This document shows positions 41,171 through 57,124 of a stretch of DNA of 64,000 bases, one piece after another. The stretch spans positions 26,164,001 through 26,228,000 of the forward strand of contig OX597836.1 in assembly GCA_951406725.2 (NCBI GenBank). Reading direction: 5' to 3'. Origin of the DNA: Octopus vulgaris. Its lineage: Eukaryota. The notes beneath the pieces were generated by a model that was not told where the DNA came from, did not search any database, and was given only the letters and a program-made list of their open reading frames with translations. Each line of letters opens with the position of its first letter. Within the stretch, counting starts at the first letter, position 1. The translations under genes were made by a program, and so were the position numbers.

Positions 41171-41853
41171 GAGAGTCATTGCAGTTCATTATATGACACA
41201 AAGCAAGAATAAATGAAACAGCTTTTATATTTGAGCTAACCTATTTAACATGATTGCATCATCAATTTTATTTCATTTATTCTTGCTTTGTGTCAGCAGA
41301 ATAGTAAATAACATAAGACATATTCATGTAAGTTAACCTGGAACTTTAGGTCTTAATTATAAGCCCAGCGATGACAACATTTTCGTTACGATATTATTAC
41401 AACTATACAATTACGGTGACAAGCTAGCATGATCGTTAGCACGTCGGGTAAAATATTTAGCGGGACTTCCATCTTAACTTTCTGAGGTCAAATTCCACCA
41501 AGGCCGATTATCTTTTCTTGATCGATGAAATAAGTACCAGTTGAGTACTGGAGTCGATGTAATCAGCTTATCTTCACCCTCAAAATTGCTGGCCTTGAGC
41601 CAAATTTTGACATCATTAATACAACTATAATTCCTGTTGTTGCGCGCAAAGAAAAGCTTCAAAGGCAATCATTTCATAGAGGGAATAGGAATGAAAATGT
41701 TGATGGACCTAGGAAAATTATTATTGCTCCAAACTGAACATAAAAAAAGTAATAATGAAATGGAGGAGATGACTTAATTACAAAAAGCATATGAACAAGT
41801 TTGTGTTTTCGAAATAACATTAAAAGAAACAAGTGATAGTTATAAACGAGTGC

Positions 41854-41901
<48 letters not shown>

Positions 41902-42124
41902 ATGTTTCTCTCCTCTAATCGATAGTTGTACAAGCAACGAGAGACACCACACAAACACCACACTGATGACAATTTACTGGTGAAAGGAAAATTAGAAAAA
42001 CTGTTGGAGAATGGTTCATACGCATATTGGTAGGTTTCTACATATATACACATACTTGTCTCTGTACACATGCGCATACAAGATACCATTGTATGTATAG
42101 GTTTATATACATATTCCTTTCTGA

Positions 42125-42228
<104 letters not shown>

Positions 42229-42441
42229 TGATATAGGATAAAAAATTTTCGACGAAAAAAAATTTTATCAATGGCCAGCATATCAAAAAATGCCTTTAAA
42301 GGTAAAATTTATACATAATTTACAAGATAAGGGCAGGAGAAAAATTCTAATGCAAGATACGCCGAAAACAAGTCTGCTCGGGACTTGGTGCTTGCTTCTT
42401 CCGTGGGTATGAATAAGTATTTCATTTATATCTCGCGTATG

Positions 42442-42500
42442 TGCCGCTGAAGAGGGGAAAATTTCTTGTGAATTAACCCCGAATTTGGACCAATACGGTA
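42442..42500 (+). ncRNA. Hammerhead-like motif (A15.1 mutated)
   Basis: tgccg CTGAAGA gggg..cccc GAAT ttggaccaa TA cggta. Confidence 0.6.
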
Positions 42501-42562
42501 ATAACGAATGTTTTAGAGATTTCTATCGGTTTGTTTCGAGACGCATAAATTTAATGGTTATC

Positions 42563-42639
<77 letters not shown>

Positions 42640-42665
42640 TGCATTCAAAGCAATGAATAGTTGTA

Positions 42666-42708
42666 TTCAAAGCAATGATTAGTAACTTACGAAACCGGTA
42701 TGCTTGAA
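42666..42708 (+). ncRNA. Minimal hammerhead-like motif, A3-U8 core variant
   Basis: ttcaaagca ATGATTA gta act tac GAAAC cg GTA tgcttgaa. Confidence 0.6.
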
Positions 42709-42909
42709 TTTCTTTAATAATTTCAAAATAATGACTTTTTTTACTTTTATTCCTACCTCAGTTCATCTAATTGTATATATCTTTCGTTACTTTTCATAAA
42801 AAGCCTTTACTTCTTTTATTTACAATGTACATTTTCGTCTATTTTTCTTACTTTCCCCTTACATTACCACGTATAGTTTCTATTTTCTTTTTGTAACATA
42901 TTTCTCTCA

Positions 42910-42979
<70 letters not shown>

Positions 42980-43150
42980 AGCACCGAGCAGTGTTTAGGC
43001 ATATGCAAAATGTAGGTGGTTAAATTATGTTTGGGATATATTTCAACTGCTAAGAGGCAAATTCACTGCAATTACCGTGGAGAAAAATTCTCTCTTAGGA
43101 TAAAAAGGTGTAAAAACATCATATCTGTCTAGTGTCGCCCTCTTTCAGGA

Positions 43151-43193
43151 TTCTCTGATGCGTTTCTAGCTCTGCAGCCGTTATCAATGAGAA
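43151..43193 (-). ncRNA. Degenerate hammerhead-like motif, U3-A8 core
   Basis: ttctc a TTGATAA c ggct gcag agct a GAAAC gc ATC a gagaa. Confidence 0.5.
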
Positions 43194-43595
43194 ATATATA
43201 AGAGATGCAATTCTGGGCAGAGTTATCAATATATGCTTTGATAGGTCTGTATAACGGACAACAATTATTTCGCATTAAACTACGCAATCACTGAATACTT
43301 TTGTTACACGACATATTTAGTATTCTTTAACTACACGAGTAACGTCGAAGTTTCGCTCTGCTTAACTTTTAAACTCATAAAGGCTAAACAGGCAAAAACT
43401 TCGTAGTCACTGTCAACACCATTCTTGTTAAACAACAACAGTATGTATATATATATACATATATATATTCTCGTTAAACAACTATATATATATATATATA
43501 TATATACACGCATATATGTATGCATAAATATATGTATGTATATGTATGTATATATACACACGTATATATGTATGTACATATACATGTATGTATAC

Positions 43596-43642
<47 letters not shown>

Positions 43643-43894
43643 CATATATATATGCATATATATACACATATATATGATAGTGCGTGTGAGTGGTTATGCG
43701 TATGTATGTTTACATAAAATCTTGTGTCTTCAGACTCAATAACAATAGAAACTATAGTACATTGTACACACGCACACACAAACACGCACATACACCCACA
43801 CAATTTCACACACACGCACAAACACACACGCACACACACATACGCACGCACAAAAAAGCCTCCCTCAAAAATATGTATGTTGTTTTGAAAGAGC

Positions 43895-43948
<54 letters not shown>

Positions 43949-44343
43949 GTGAGTGTGTCGGAGCGGAGGCGAAAAGCGAGACAACTGTTGAAATGTCATC
44001 AAGTGTAAAGGTTGTTTCATAAATTATGTAAAGACGACAATGATTAGTTGGTCGATGGCCAACCGATTGAACAGAAGACGATGCGGGAGGAGGAGGAGGA
44101 GGAGGAGGAAGGAGAAAAAGAAGATGAGAGAGGCATTGTGCGAGGTCCACTCTCACTCAGTGTCGTCATGTGGCACGTCACTGTCTGGATTCATATACAT
44201 ATATATATTACACACACACATACACATATATATGCATATATATATACACACATATATAAATGTATATATATATACATATATGAATATGTATGTATGGATG
44301 AATGCATTATTGTATATATATATACACATCTATATATGTGTAT

Positions 44344-44415
<72 letters not shown>

Positions 44416-44443
44416 ATATATATATACATCTATATATATGTAT

Positions 44444-44489
<46 letters not shown>

Positions 44490-44544
44490 TGATATATATA
44501 TATGTATATATATAGAGAGAGATATATGTATGTATATATGTATG

Positions 44545-44588
<44 letters not shown>

Positions 44589-45280
44589 TGAACGAATTGA
44601 TGTACTTTATATGCATATATTACTGAGCACGTTACGCGTGTTTGTGTGTGTTTGTGTCTGCTGGAAGGCGACAATTCTGCATTCTATATTCTGTGTTTCC
44701 ATTGTTTATAAATTATGTATTCAAGTTGCACCATTGGTTATGAGATAATTTCCTCGCACCCATCTTTTCCAACCGTATGTAATGTTTGTAACAATAAGAA
44801 AACATTCTTTATCAGTTACGGAAGCACTGTTACTTCAAATTAACGGGGATGCTTTCTCGAAACGAATAGTGCAGTTTAGAAGGCTTTCAACATTCTGTCA
44901 GTATGACATACAGATCACTGTTTAACTATATCAGCCAGAAGCAGGTTTTCCTTTGACACACGGTGCTCGTGGATTCTTACTTCTGATGAAATTTAAAGAT
45001 GCAAAAATCTAGATAAAGTAATGCCACTGCCGCTGTTGGTTGATTTTCACCTGCTGGTGATATATTTCTGCTTTTAACACTATACGTCTAAAAGAGACAT
45101 TATCTCGTAACGAACACTTCTGTTTCGAAGTCTTTCAACGGTGTATATGCTTTAAGTATGATATAGAGATCGCTGATATGAACACGTATTTCAGACCAAT
45201 TATCAGTTTTTCTTTATTACCAATTTTCTGCTCTATAACGATGTCAGATGTTAATATTGGTATGTTATTGTATATCCTTT

Positions 45281-45500
45281 GGCGGCGCACAGCTTAGCGG
45301 TTAGGGTATCGGACCCATGATCGTAAGATTGCTGTTTCGATTCTAGGACCAGGCGATGAATTGTGATTTTGAGCAAAACACTTCATTTCGCGTTACTCCA
45401 TTCCACTCAGCTGGTGAAAATGAGTAATTCTGTGATGGTGCAGTGTTTCATCCAGGGAGGAACATAAACGCCAGAGAAACCGGGAAATCGGACCTGTGCT
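45281..45500 (+). mobile_element. tRNA/CORE-like SINE, diverged relative of family D
   Basis: tRNA-like head then ttgagcaaaacacttcatttc..cactcagctg. Confidence 0.65.
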
Positions 45501-46321
45501 CCCAACTGAGTAATAATGGGCAAACCCGTTGCATCTCCCGGTTGCTAGACAATCTAAACGCTCTTGAGAGTATGTGTCACAGATAAGCAGGCCCCATGGC
45601 AGTGTGTGTTGAATAGTGCGCTTCAAAATTGAACTTGACAACATGGTTGTTGTGTAGAAGTAGAACACCCCTATTTGGTTGGCTCCTAATGGACTGCACC
45701 ACATTATAAAACTTTATATATAAAGAACGTGAAATTCACGAATTGACGAACACGGAAAACAGACAGTCATTCAGAGCCTTCATTCTTCAGTCAGAAACCG
45801 ATTCATCATGGCAAATTTCGGCTGTTTAATTCTTGCGCAGAGAGTGTGGGATGAGAGTCGGTGAGCTATGTAAAGTCAAGAGTTGCGTTTTGTCGAGTGT
45901 GATTACAAGTATTGTGTAGCTTGAGTAGAACAGTTGGCAAGGGCGTTATTTATTATCCCATTATATCGCACGTCGAACATGCGATACAACAATTAGAACG
46001 GCTTGGATGTTACTTAACATATCTTTCCTAACTTTAGAACAAGATCAGTAATTTTAAGGTGAGGGGCAAAGGAAGACTGGTTCTTTATTTTATCGACCCC
46101 GAAATGATAAGAGGCAGAGTCGACCCCGGCAGACTTTGTCCTCAGAAAGTAAAAGACCGGAGGAAATAATGCGAAGCATTCTGTCCGACGTGCAAACGAT
46201 ATAGAATGTTTCTGAAGGTTTAGTCTTAAAAATAAATACACCAACCATCGCTTTACATCTCGATGTAAACAGAGCAAATAACGAATTATATATGTGTGAG
46301 TGTAACTACGTATATACATAC

Positions 46322-46397
<76 letters not shown>

Positions 46398-46444
46398 TGT
46401 TATATTTCGGAATGGTCATATTGCCAGTTTAAACATATTTAAAC

Positions 46445-46527
<83 letters not shown>

Positions 46528-46641
46528 TGGTTGGTTGGTTGGTTGGTAAGTAGGTATTATACATACATATAAATATCATATATACCTACAAACATATACA
46601 CACACAATTACTGTCTCTGATTTTTACATTTGTTGTTTATG

Positions 46642-46691
<50 letters not shown>

Positions 46692-46696
46692 TACAC

Positions 46697-48063
46697 GCAC
46701 ACATAAGTCTATGTATGTGTGTGTGTGTTTATGTATGTATGTGAGTACATAAGATGATACATGAAAAATAGACATTTCCATGCAATCATTTATTTTTCAT
46801 TTCAATTTGAACAAAATGTCTTAATCTTAATTTTAGTTTTAGGTATTTTATTTCGCAATTTATATTTTTCTCTATATGTATGTATGTATGTGCGTGTATA
46901 TGTACGGGCGTATGTTTGGACGTATGTATGTAGACATATAAATGTATGTGCTTATAAATACATATATGTTTGTATCTACATATATGTATATATGTATGTA
47001 TGTATGAACGTATGTGCGTATATATACTTTTGTATGTATGTGTGTATGCACATATGTATGTGTGCACGCACGTATACATATATGTGTGTGTGTATAGATG
47101 AATATAAATGTAGATGTCTATATGTATGTACTTCTATATATGTCAATGTATGTATATATTACCGTACATATGTAAGAAACAAAACACCTGAAAAATAAAT
47201 TTAAAAAACTGGGAAATATAAACGAGATAAAGCCATTTTGTTGAAAATGAAACTGAAAGTAAATAAATTTGTTTCGATGATGTCATGTTGTTTTATGTTA
47301 GTTTTTGTTATTTTCTCTCTTTGTCTTGCTTTTTGTTGTATTTTAATAGTTGTTTGTTTGTTTGTTTGGGTTTTTCTTTTCTGAAGACAAGTGAAATATT
47401 TCTTACGTCTCCAACTGACCGACTAAAAGGAGGCCCCACGCCACCCTAATTCTTAGTGAACCAATATTCATCTATACACACACATATATATGTATACGTG
47501 CGTGCACACATACATATGTGCATACACACATACATACAAAAGTATATATACGCACATACGTTCATACATACATATATACATATATGTAGATACAAACATA
47601 CATGTATTTATAAGCACATACATTTATATGTCTACATACACACGTAATAATAATAATGGGTGGTGGGGTGGGTGGGAATAAAAAAATGAATAAAGAAATA
47701 CAGAAATGAAGAATGAGCGAGTGAAGGAAAGAACGAACGACCGATAGAATGAATGAGAAAATATCAAAGGAATGTAGGCATGTATGAAGGAAGGTTGAAC
47801 AATAGAGATGTGTAACGTTGCAGGGAGGAACTTTCTTCGGAAATACACAGTATCATATACATAGACATATACACACACACACACATAAGTCTATGTATGT
47901 GTGTGTGTTTATGTATGTATGTGTGTACATAAGATGATACATGAAAAATAGACATTTCAATGCAATCATTTACTTTTCATTTCAGTTTGAACAAAATGTC
48001 TTTATCTTAATTTTAGTTTTAGGTATTATATTTCGCAATTTATATTTTTCTTTATATGTATGT
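46697..48063. repeat. Local direct and inverted duplications
   Basis: 46700-46883 repeated at 47880-48063 (offset 1180); about 46928-47104 inverted at about 47466-47641. Confidence 0.85.
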
Positions 48064-48064
48064 C

Positions 48065-48740
48065 AGCATCTCTATCGCTTCGGGCACTTCCTTGTAATAT
48101 TCTGGGGTTACGGCTCCGATTATTTCAATGCCGTACCCCCAGAAATTCCGGCATTCGGTTCTGCTTACCAGCTGAATCTCCAAGTCTGGGTTTCTTTTTG
48201 TAGCTTATCCTTGAATGTACTCTTCCAACTCTAATTTTTATCAATGTCTTTCTTGGAGTGCTAGGCAATAGCGACCATTTCTTCCCTTCTATCACCTGTT
48301 TACAATTTATCGCTGCATCTTCTTCATTTTCGAATATGGCTGCCACTGTCCCGTATTCCTTCCCTCCATTGAGGAAGATTATTTTCTCTTCAATGCTGCT
48401 CATGGTTAGTTTTTCTATTTCCTCCACTCTTCTATTTTCGTTCCAAAAATTACCGTTTTCTTCTTAATTTTCTTCATCGCTTCTTCAGGCATGACTAGTC
48501 TTACTTGTGTTTCTCCAGCTTCCACCATACTGCTGTACTTTTTCAATTTCTTTACATCCCATTCCATTTGTTCCTGCTTCAGTCCGTGTGTATTCTTGGC
48601 TTCCCGCGTTTCCGCAGCCTCTGCATACGTCTTTATTTCATCTGCTTTCTTCATTCCGCCCAACATGGCGGCTTCGCATCGAGTCGGCCTTACTTTCCAA
48701 AAAACACAGAAGAGTGACCTAGAGTAGTATGGCCTGCTAG
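48065..48740 (-). mobile_element. 5' end/ORF1 fossil of an L1/Tx1-like LINE
   Basis: Two overlapping frameshifted ORFs (48415-48666, 48125-48427): KTYAEAA..GTVAAIFENEEDA..LLP..KIRVGRV, resembling LINE ORF1 RRM-like regions. Confidence 0.55.
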
Positions 48741-49799
48741 TTGGAGATGCCTATCTAGCTCTTGTAAATATATAAGAATTCTAGTGAAATAAATTCACTG
48801 ATTTCAAAAATAGAAATAATACATTTCTAAATCTCTCAGAGAGATTTATGCAGTAGTGATACTATAAAGTAGTTGTATACTGTCAACTTAATGTGATAGT
48901 CCCATGAAGGGAATAATACTACTGCTATTTAGCCCTAGGAAGGATGAAAAGCAAAGTCGACGCCGGCGGCGTTTGGCCTCAGAGCATAATGGCAAATGTG
49001 AGGGAAGGTTTTGTTCGGCGTGCTAATGATTCTACTGACTCACCGCCTTTTAATGTTTTAATAATAGCAGACGATCGCGAATCTAAATGTATTTGGAGAA
49101 ATATTCATAATTGAAGAGCAAGATAATGGAGATAGGCACTGATGGATAATGATACTGGCTAAGAGAGAGGGGGCAGAGATAATGGTAAAGAGAGAGAGAG
49201 AGAGAGATAATGACACGAGGAGGCATTGAGAGATGAGAAAGAACGACAGATTAATGATGTGAGAAATCTGACTGATTTATTGGCATTGAGATGGTAACAA
49301 TGGAAGAACTTTCAGTAATTTTGTACTTTTAGTTGAGCGGACAGCAATTTAAAAAGATGGGGAAATGTAAACAAGAAGATTGGAAAATAGTGTATTGGGA
49401 TTAAAATGGTAACAATTGTACAGTTTTTCAATAGCTTTGTGGTTTCTTTAGTAGTTTGTATAAATGTTTAGTGCCATGGGAAATGGTGATAATAAGAATT
49501 ATTGGAATTAAAATCAAAATGATACAACTCTTTTTAATAATTCTGTAATAGCAGAACGTGTAGCAGTTTGTAAAGAAGATTGAAAGGAACTAAATTTTGG
49601 GTTAAAATATGAATAAAAGAACTATTTTTTTGTTCAAATCTGAAATGCCAGAAACTGTATTAGATTTGAAAGGAGGAGAATAATGAAAGAAAATTTTTAT
49701 AAAAAAAAAGAAAAGAGAGGGTTCGTTTTAATTTCGAAACGATGTAAATATTTTCAGGCTGTACATTTCGGTTATGATCTGAGGAGTGAAGACAAAAGA

Positions 49800-51433
49800 A
49801 ATACAGAACTGGAATTAATTTGGTAATTTCTACGACTTCCCCAGCTTCAATTTCTGGCCTCCTAATTCTCCCGTTTCTAATCTCATGGATTGCAATGAGT
49901 GGGGCGTGGTTGAGAAAGACAACAAACACGCTGCCTGCAGCACCAAGGCCGAGTTGGTGGTCAAGATCAAGGAGGTGCTCGAAAATCTTCCCAGGGACAC
50001 GATGAGAAACACATGCGCCAGTTTCCGGAGTCGTCTTGACGCCGTGATGGAAGCTGAGGACAGCTACTTTGAGTAAACTTCGAGGTTAAGCTGAAAAGTT
50101 CATAGGTTGACTAAGAAGGAGTTATCATACAGTAATTAAACTTGGCATGCATTAAATTCTACATTTACTGATGCTAACAGCATCTTTTCTATCCCGATAA
50201 ACTCACATTGGAAACAGACTTAAGGATTTGGGAAAGTGGTACTAGAAACATTTCGTGAAAATTGATAAAATTTGGCACTGTCGGGTTATCAAATATCTGC
50301 AGAAAAAGGGGTTAGCCCCCAAGGACATTCATGCTGACACAAAAAGTGGGCAGCTGAATTCAAGAGGAGTAGGGAGAGTCTTGAAGATGACCCGAGATCT
50401 GGACGTCCTGCCACAGCCACCACCCAAGAAAACATCGACCGTGTTAACCACATGGTGATGGATCACAGACATTTAAATGTTAATCAGATAGCTAGTGCTG
50501 TAGGCATCTCCCATGAATGAGTTGAGAACATTCTGCGTAACGAACTTGGCATGTCGAAGGTTTCCGCTTGTTGGGTGCCACGACTTTTGATGCCTGATCA
50601 AAAGCACACCAGGTTGGTCATGTCGCAGGCGAACTAGGCACTTTTTGAAGAAAATCCAGCCGGTTTTCTTGAACGTTTCTTCACCCAAGATGAATGTTGG
50701 GTTCCCCACTTTGAGCCAGAGACCCAACGACTGTCCATGCAGTGGAAACACCCATCTTTTTCTCCACCAAAGAAAGTCAAGGTGGTGTCATTGGCAGGGA
50801 AGGTGATGGTCTCTGTCTTCTGGGATGCAAAGGGCATTGTGTTCAGTGACTACTTTCAGAAAGGCCATACTATCAATGGAGAATACTATGCCAACCTGTA
50901 TGACGCAGCTGCGAAAGGCAATCAAGTCAAAATGGCCAGGAAAACTGATGAAAGGGTCCTGCTTCACATGAACAATGCTCCTACATGCAAGTCTGTGGTT
51001 GTAATGGCTGCTGTGCGCGACTGTCTTTGAACTGGTTGATCACTCTCCATATTCTCCTCATTTGGCACCATCTGACTATTTTCTGTTCCCCAACATGAAA
51101 AAACACTTGGCTGCGAAGCAGTATCAGACCGATGGTGAGGTTGTATCTGCCGTTAAGGACTTTTTTCAAGGTCAGGATGAGAGCTTCTGTACGACAGGAA
51201 TCCAAACGCTGCAACACTGAGGGAAGAAATGCATGGAGACTATGTCGAAAAATGAAACACATTTGGTCAAGTTTGACCATTGCATCGTGGTCAGCCTATG
51301 AACTTTTCAGACAACTCCCCCCCCCCCACAATCTCCCAACCATAATTGAGTTGGTATACGTTTATTTTTGGATGTGATTTTGTGTTCTTTTTTCCGTTAA
51401 TTGTCAATTGTGAAATTTAGCCCGAACACCCTG
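49800..51433 (+). mobile_element. Tc1-like transposon 3' remnant interrupted by a mariner element
   Basis: FWPPNSP..MDCNEWGVVEK..RSRLDAVMEAEDSYFE* (to 50076); terminal caccctg|TA at 51427-51435. Confidence 0.75.
50082..51318 (+). mobile_element. Near full-length decayed mariner transposon with TIRs
   Basis: TIR cores ctgaaaagttcataggttgac / gtcagcctatgaacttttcag; WVPRLL, TQDECWV, AGKVMVSVFWD, YSPHLAPSDYFLFP; stops and frameshifts. Confidence 0.93.
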
Positions 51434-51437
51434 TATG

Positions 51438-51471
<34 letters not shown>

Positions 51472-51633
51472 TGTATGTATGTATGTATGTATGTATGTAT
51501 GTATGCATGTATGTATGTATGCATGTATGTATGTATGTATGTATGTATGTATGTATGCATGCATGCATGTATGTATGTATGTATGTATGTATGTATGTAT
51601 GTATGTATGTATGCATGTATGTATGTATGTATG

Positions 51634-51665
<32 letters not shown>

Positions 51666-52218
51666 CATGTATGTATGTATGCATGTACGTATGTATGTAT
51701 GTATGTATGTATGTATGGTATGTATGCATGTATATATACATGTATATATGTGTGTGTGTGTTTATATTATTAATACATAGACAGACACACACACGCATAC
51801 ACATATATGTGTATATGTATACGTATATATATACGTACGAATGTATTTATGTATGTATGCATGTATGTATGTATGGTATGTATGGTATGTATGCATGTAT
51901 GTATGAATATATATGTGTGTGTGTATGTTTATATTACTGATACATAGACACACACACGCATACGCACATACATACGTGTGTGTGTATGTGTGTGTGTACG
52001 TATGTATGCACGTACGAATGTATTTATGTATGTATGTATGTGTGTATTTATGTATGTATGTATGTATGCATGTTTGTATGTATGTGTGTATTTATGTATG
52101 TATGTGTGCATGTATGAATGTATGTATATATATATATATATATGTAGATGTATGTATGTATGCATGCATGTATATATGTATGTATGTATTTATGTATGTA
52201 TGTGTGCATGTATGAATG

Positions 52219-52333
<115 letters not shown>

Positions 52334-52946
52334 CATGCATGTATATTCAATCGCATCTAATCTCCGCTCTCCTATTAAATGGTCGCCATTCCCCAGCAGG
52401 ACTTCATCGAAAGAAGCTCACAAGAATTATTTTCAGTAACAACGACATCTGGCGGATAATGTTACTATTTTTTCTCTCCTTTCAATCTAAAACCTTCTCA
52501 TTAACCTCACACTTAATCTCTCTCTCTCTTCCTCAACCTTCCCCACCCTCCTCCTTACTCAATCAATTCTTACTCTCTCCGCCGCCACCTTAATCTCTTT
52601 CGCACCTTTACATGATTGACACTTCCGTTTACTGTGTCACGTGACCAATCATTATTAACTTGCTGGCTTCTCTCTCTCTATTTTTAACGTTTCTTTTTAT
52701 AATCTACTCGTGATCAGCCATGATAAGAGCATCACATACTCCTTGTCTCTCTCTCCCCTGTCTCTCTCTCTTTCTCTATCTTTCTCTCTCTTCCTCTCTC
52801 TCTCTCTCTCTCTGCCTCCCTCTCTCTTCAGCTTTCTCCCTCCGTTAGTATTTATCCATCTCTATCTTGCTATATATCTCCCTTTCTGTTTCTTGTTTTC
52901 TCTTTCTCTCCTTTTCTCCATATTTATCTCTCTAGTTATGTATCTT

Positions 52947-53004
<58 letters not shown>

Positions 53005-53227
53005 TTTATCTATCTATCAATCTCTCTTTCTGTCTAGTCGCACGAACTCACAGTATTTCGTCTGAAGCTACGACTGAAATTTTACTTATTCGCTCCAGCC
53101 GCTAGAATTAACAATCAAATCCCCACGGCAGTTAAATCGAATCTAGTAGGAGGAAGATCACGATTGAAACACTTTTTGGTTATAATTCTGCTCGATAAAG
53201 GCAAACCTCGGGCTAAACAGCAGCAGC

Positions 53228-53265
<38 letters not shown>

Positions 53266-53458
53266 CGACAACGTGCTAAATATTTTGATTGACAAACTGT
53301 CAATGTCACGCTTTGTTTTCGGGTTTATTTCGTTCGTAAATAACTTCATTTTAAGGCAAGTGACCTGGCAGGATCATTAGCGCGTCGCACAAAATGCTTA
53401 GCGGTACTGTTCTGCTAACACGCCGCCTTTATAGATTTAATAATTAAATTATATGAGG

Positions 53459-53670
53459 GCGGCAAGCCGGGCGAAATGTTTAGTGGTATTTCGTCTGTCT
53501 TTACGTTCTGAGTTCAAATTCCGTCGAGGTCGACTTTGCCTTTCATCCTTTCGGGGTCGATTACATAAGTACCAGTTACGCACTGGGGTCGATATAATCG
53601 ACTTAATACCTATGTCTGTCCTTGTTTGTCCCATCTGTGTTTAGCCCCTTGTGGGTAATAAAGAAATAGG
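53459..53670 (+). mobile_element. SINE family C
   Basis: Matches 36013-36245. Confidence 0.85.
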
Positions 53671-53948
53671 TACTTCTTCTCGCTCTTTGTGTTCTGAGTT
53701 CAAATTCCACCGAGGTCCATTTTACTTTACATTCTTTCAGGATCGGCGAAATATGTATGTGGTGAGCACTGTTGTCAAGGTAACCGTCTTGTCCGCTCAA
53801 AAATGGCTGATCTTGTGCCAAAAGTAGAAACAAAATTATTTTCTTTTTTCTTTTTAATCTTTCACATAGTGAAGGCAACCAGCTAGCAGAACCGTTACCG
53901 CGCCTGGGGAAATACAAAACAGTATTTCGTATGTTCTGTATTCAAATA

Positions 53949-54337
53949 TCTCTATATATAAAGCTGAAGTTGTCTGTGTATGGCAGGTTTGGTAGCATTC
54001 GACTAACACTATCTCCTCCGAGACCCTGCGGCGCAAGTTGACCAGAATTGAGAGTATGATAAAAGAAGGCTTGCTCTTCCTTCTATAGAAGAAAAATTCA
54101 AATCGGACCATGTTAACACCAAAAATTATTTACATCAAAAAGGTGCTATTTTTCTATGAAAATCCCTATTTTTTACGATTTTTTGACTGCTGTGCCGCCA
54201 TTTTTCGGTGTATTTCAACCAGAAAAATGTTCACTTAAAGAGAATAGCAAGCTACATAATGCAAAATTTTTACTTTTCAAAAATTCCAATTCTAAAGGGT
54301 CGAAACAAATCCGAGCAACGCCGGGTGATACTGCTAG
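53949..54337 (+). mobile_element. Non-autonomous Helitron
   Basis: 5' A|TCTCTATATATAAA; subterminal hairpin ccgagcaacgccggg; 3' CTAG. Confidence 0.7.
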
Positions 54338-54818
54338 CTAACGCTAAAGTTAGAATATTTATGGGTTTTTTTAATTTTTTTTCATTAATATCTTGTATAA
54401 AGTCTTTCGACGCTGAACAACAGAAGTTTAAATATCAATAAAGTCAATAATAAAATTCATAATTAAAGTATTAAATCAAATTAAAATGAGAAGTGCCAGA
54501 CACAAATAAGGAAATGAGAAGATTACTATAAAGGGATTTAAGTGAAGAAAACCTCCTAACAACAATAATCACCAGAACTTGAATAAATTTGAATCAAACA
54601 AACAAATTGTTTGTTGCAACATTATGAAATCAAAGGAGTGGGGAGAGAGAGAGTGATATAATTTTGTCCAGATAAAAGCCAACATTGCGATTTTATATGT
54701 ATGTATATAGGTAGGTAGGTACGTAGATAGTTATGTAGGTAGGGAGGTAGGGAGGTAGGTAGGTAGGTAGGTAGGTAGGTAGGTAGGCAGGTAGGTAGGT
54801 AGGTAGGTAACTATCTAT

Positions 54819-54920
54819 CTCCAGCCTTCATCAGGTGTCTTGGGGAAATGAGAACTTTAGTTCTCATTTCCCCAAGACAGCTGATAAAGGCTGGAGGGTA
54901 TATCAGCCGAAACATTGTGT
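54819..54920 (+). repeat. Short fold-back (37-bp arms, 54819-54896) overlapping a degenerate minimal HHR
   Basis: acag CTGATAA a ggctg..cagcc GAAAC att gtgt; left arm preserves acac CTGATGA on minus strand. Confidence 0.7.
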
Positions 54921-55392
54921 TAACAACAAACAAGATGAGGACAAATATCCATCAAATGTAAATAATGTAAAGAATGTAACAAGTAAAAGGTAAAATATAT
55001 ATACATATGCATATATATATATGTGTTTGTATATATATATGTATGTATATGCATACATATATGTATACATATATGTATGTATATGTTTTCATATGTATGT
55101 ATATACATATGTGTGTATGTATATGCATACATATATGTATACATATATGTATACATATGTATGTATATACATATGTGTGTATGTATATGCATACATACAT
55201 ACACAGTGTGTGTTTGTCTTGTGTGCGTGTGTGCGCGTGCGTGTTAGTGTGCGTATGTGTGTCTGTGTGTTCGTGTGTGCGTGTGTGTGTGTGTTGTGTG
55301 TGTATGTGCGTGTGTGCGTGCATATGTGCGTGCATGTGTGTGTCCGCGCGTGTATGTGTGTGTGTGTCTATGTGTACGTGTTTGTGTGTGTA

Positions 55393-55423
<31 letters not shown>

Positions 55424-55457
55424 ATGTGTGCTGGTGTGTGCGTGCGTGAGTGTGTAC

Positions 55458-55511
<54 letters not shown>

Positions 55512-55729
55512 TCAGGGAAAGTGAAGGTTTTTCTTTTGCATTCAGAACGTTGCCAGATGGACATTATGAGATATCACAAGACGGGTACTTTACATATCTG
55601 ACCGACCCCGGGTGAGAGGTTGGAAGGCAAAGTGAAGGACGATAAGTTTCCATCACAGAACAGAAGCCAACGTCACTAAATTCTGCATGTCGTGTTCATC
55701 GCCAGCTGCCAGATGCTACCACTACTACG

Positions 55730-55760
<31 letters not shown>

Positions 55761-55809
55761 GCAACAACACCGTTGCTGCTGCTGTTGCTGCTGCTACTAC
55801 TACCACTAC

Positions 55810-55840
<31 letters not shown>

Positions 55841-55921
55841 TAATGCTTTAATTGAAAGATGGGAAAGGTAGACGAAAGAGTGATTGATATATATATCAAT
55901 ATGCAGGCAACATGGACATTT

Positions 55922-56692
<771 letters not shown>

Positions 56693-57074
56693 ATTCGCAC
56701 ATAGGCCTAATATCTTGTTTATGTATATAGCCAAGAAACATGAGAAGCACAGACACACAAACACACCTAAATAGACAGAGACAGAAACACATAGGCGTGT
56801 GTGTGTTTTTGTTTTTTTTTTACTTTTAACTATCGGGGATTTACCTTCATTTCATTGGAGGACATTCATTTGAAGCGCGTAGCGGAGTTCCCGGATGTCC
56901 GTGACGCAATGCGGCTCCGATTAACACAGTTGCTGTGAGTTCGGCGATGTCTGAGTGCCAATTAGAGGAGAAACTGGGGGAGGAATGGCATAGATGATGT
57001 GGCATCAAATAAAAGCTGGGTGGTGATAAAGTCATTGCACACACACACACACAAACACACATACGTACACACAC

Positions 57075-57124
<50 letters not shown>

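Noticed and set aside
56861-56940. Candidate exon with an in-frame TGA after GCP (selenocysteine idea)
   Set aside because: Weak acceptor, phase incompatible with the upstream candidate exon, no SECIS recognised
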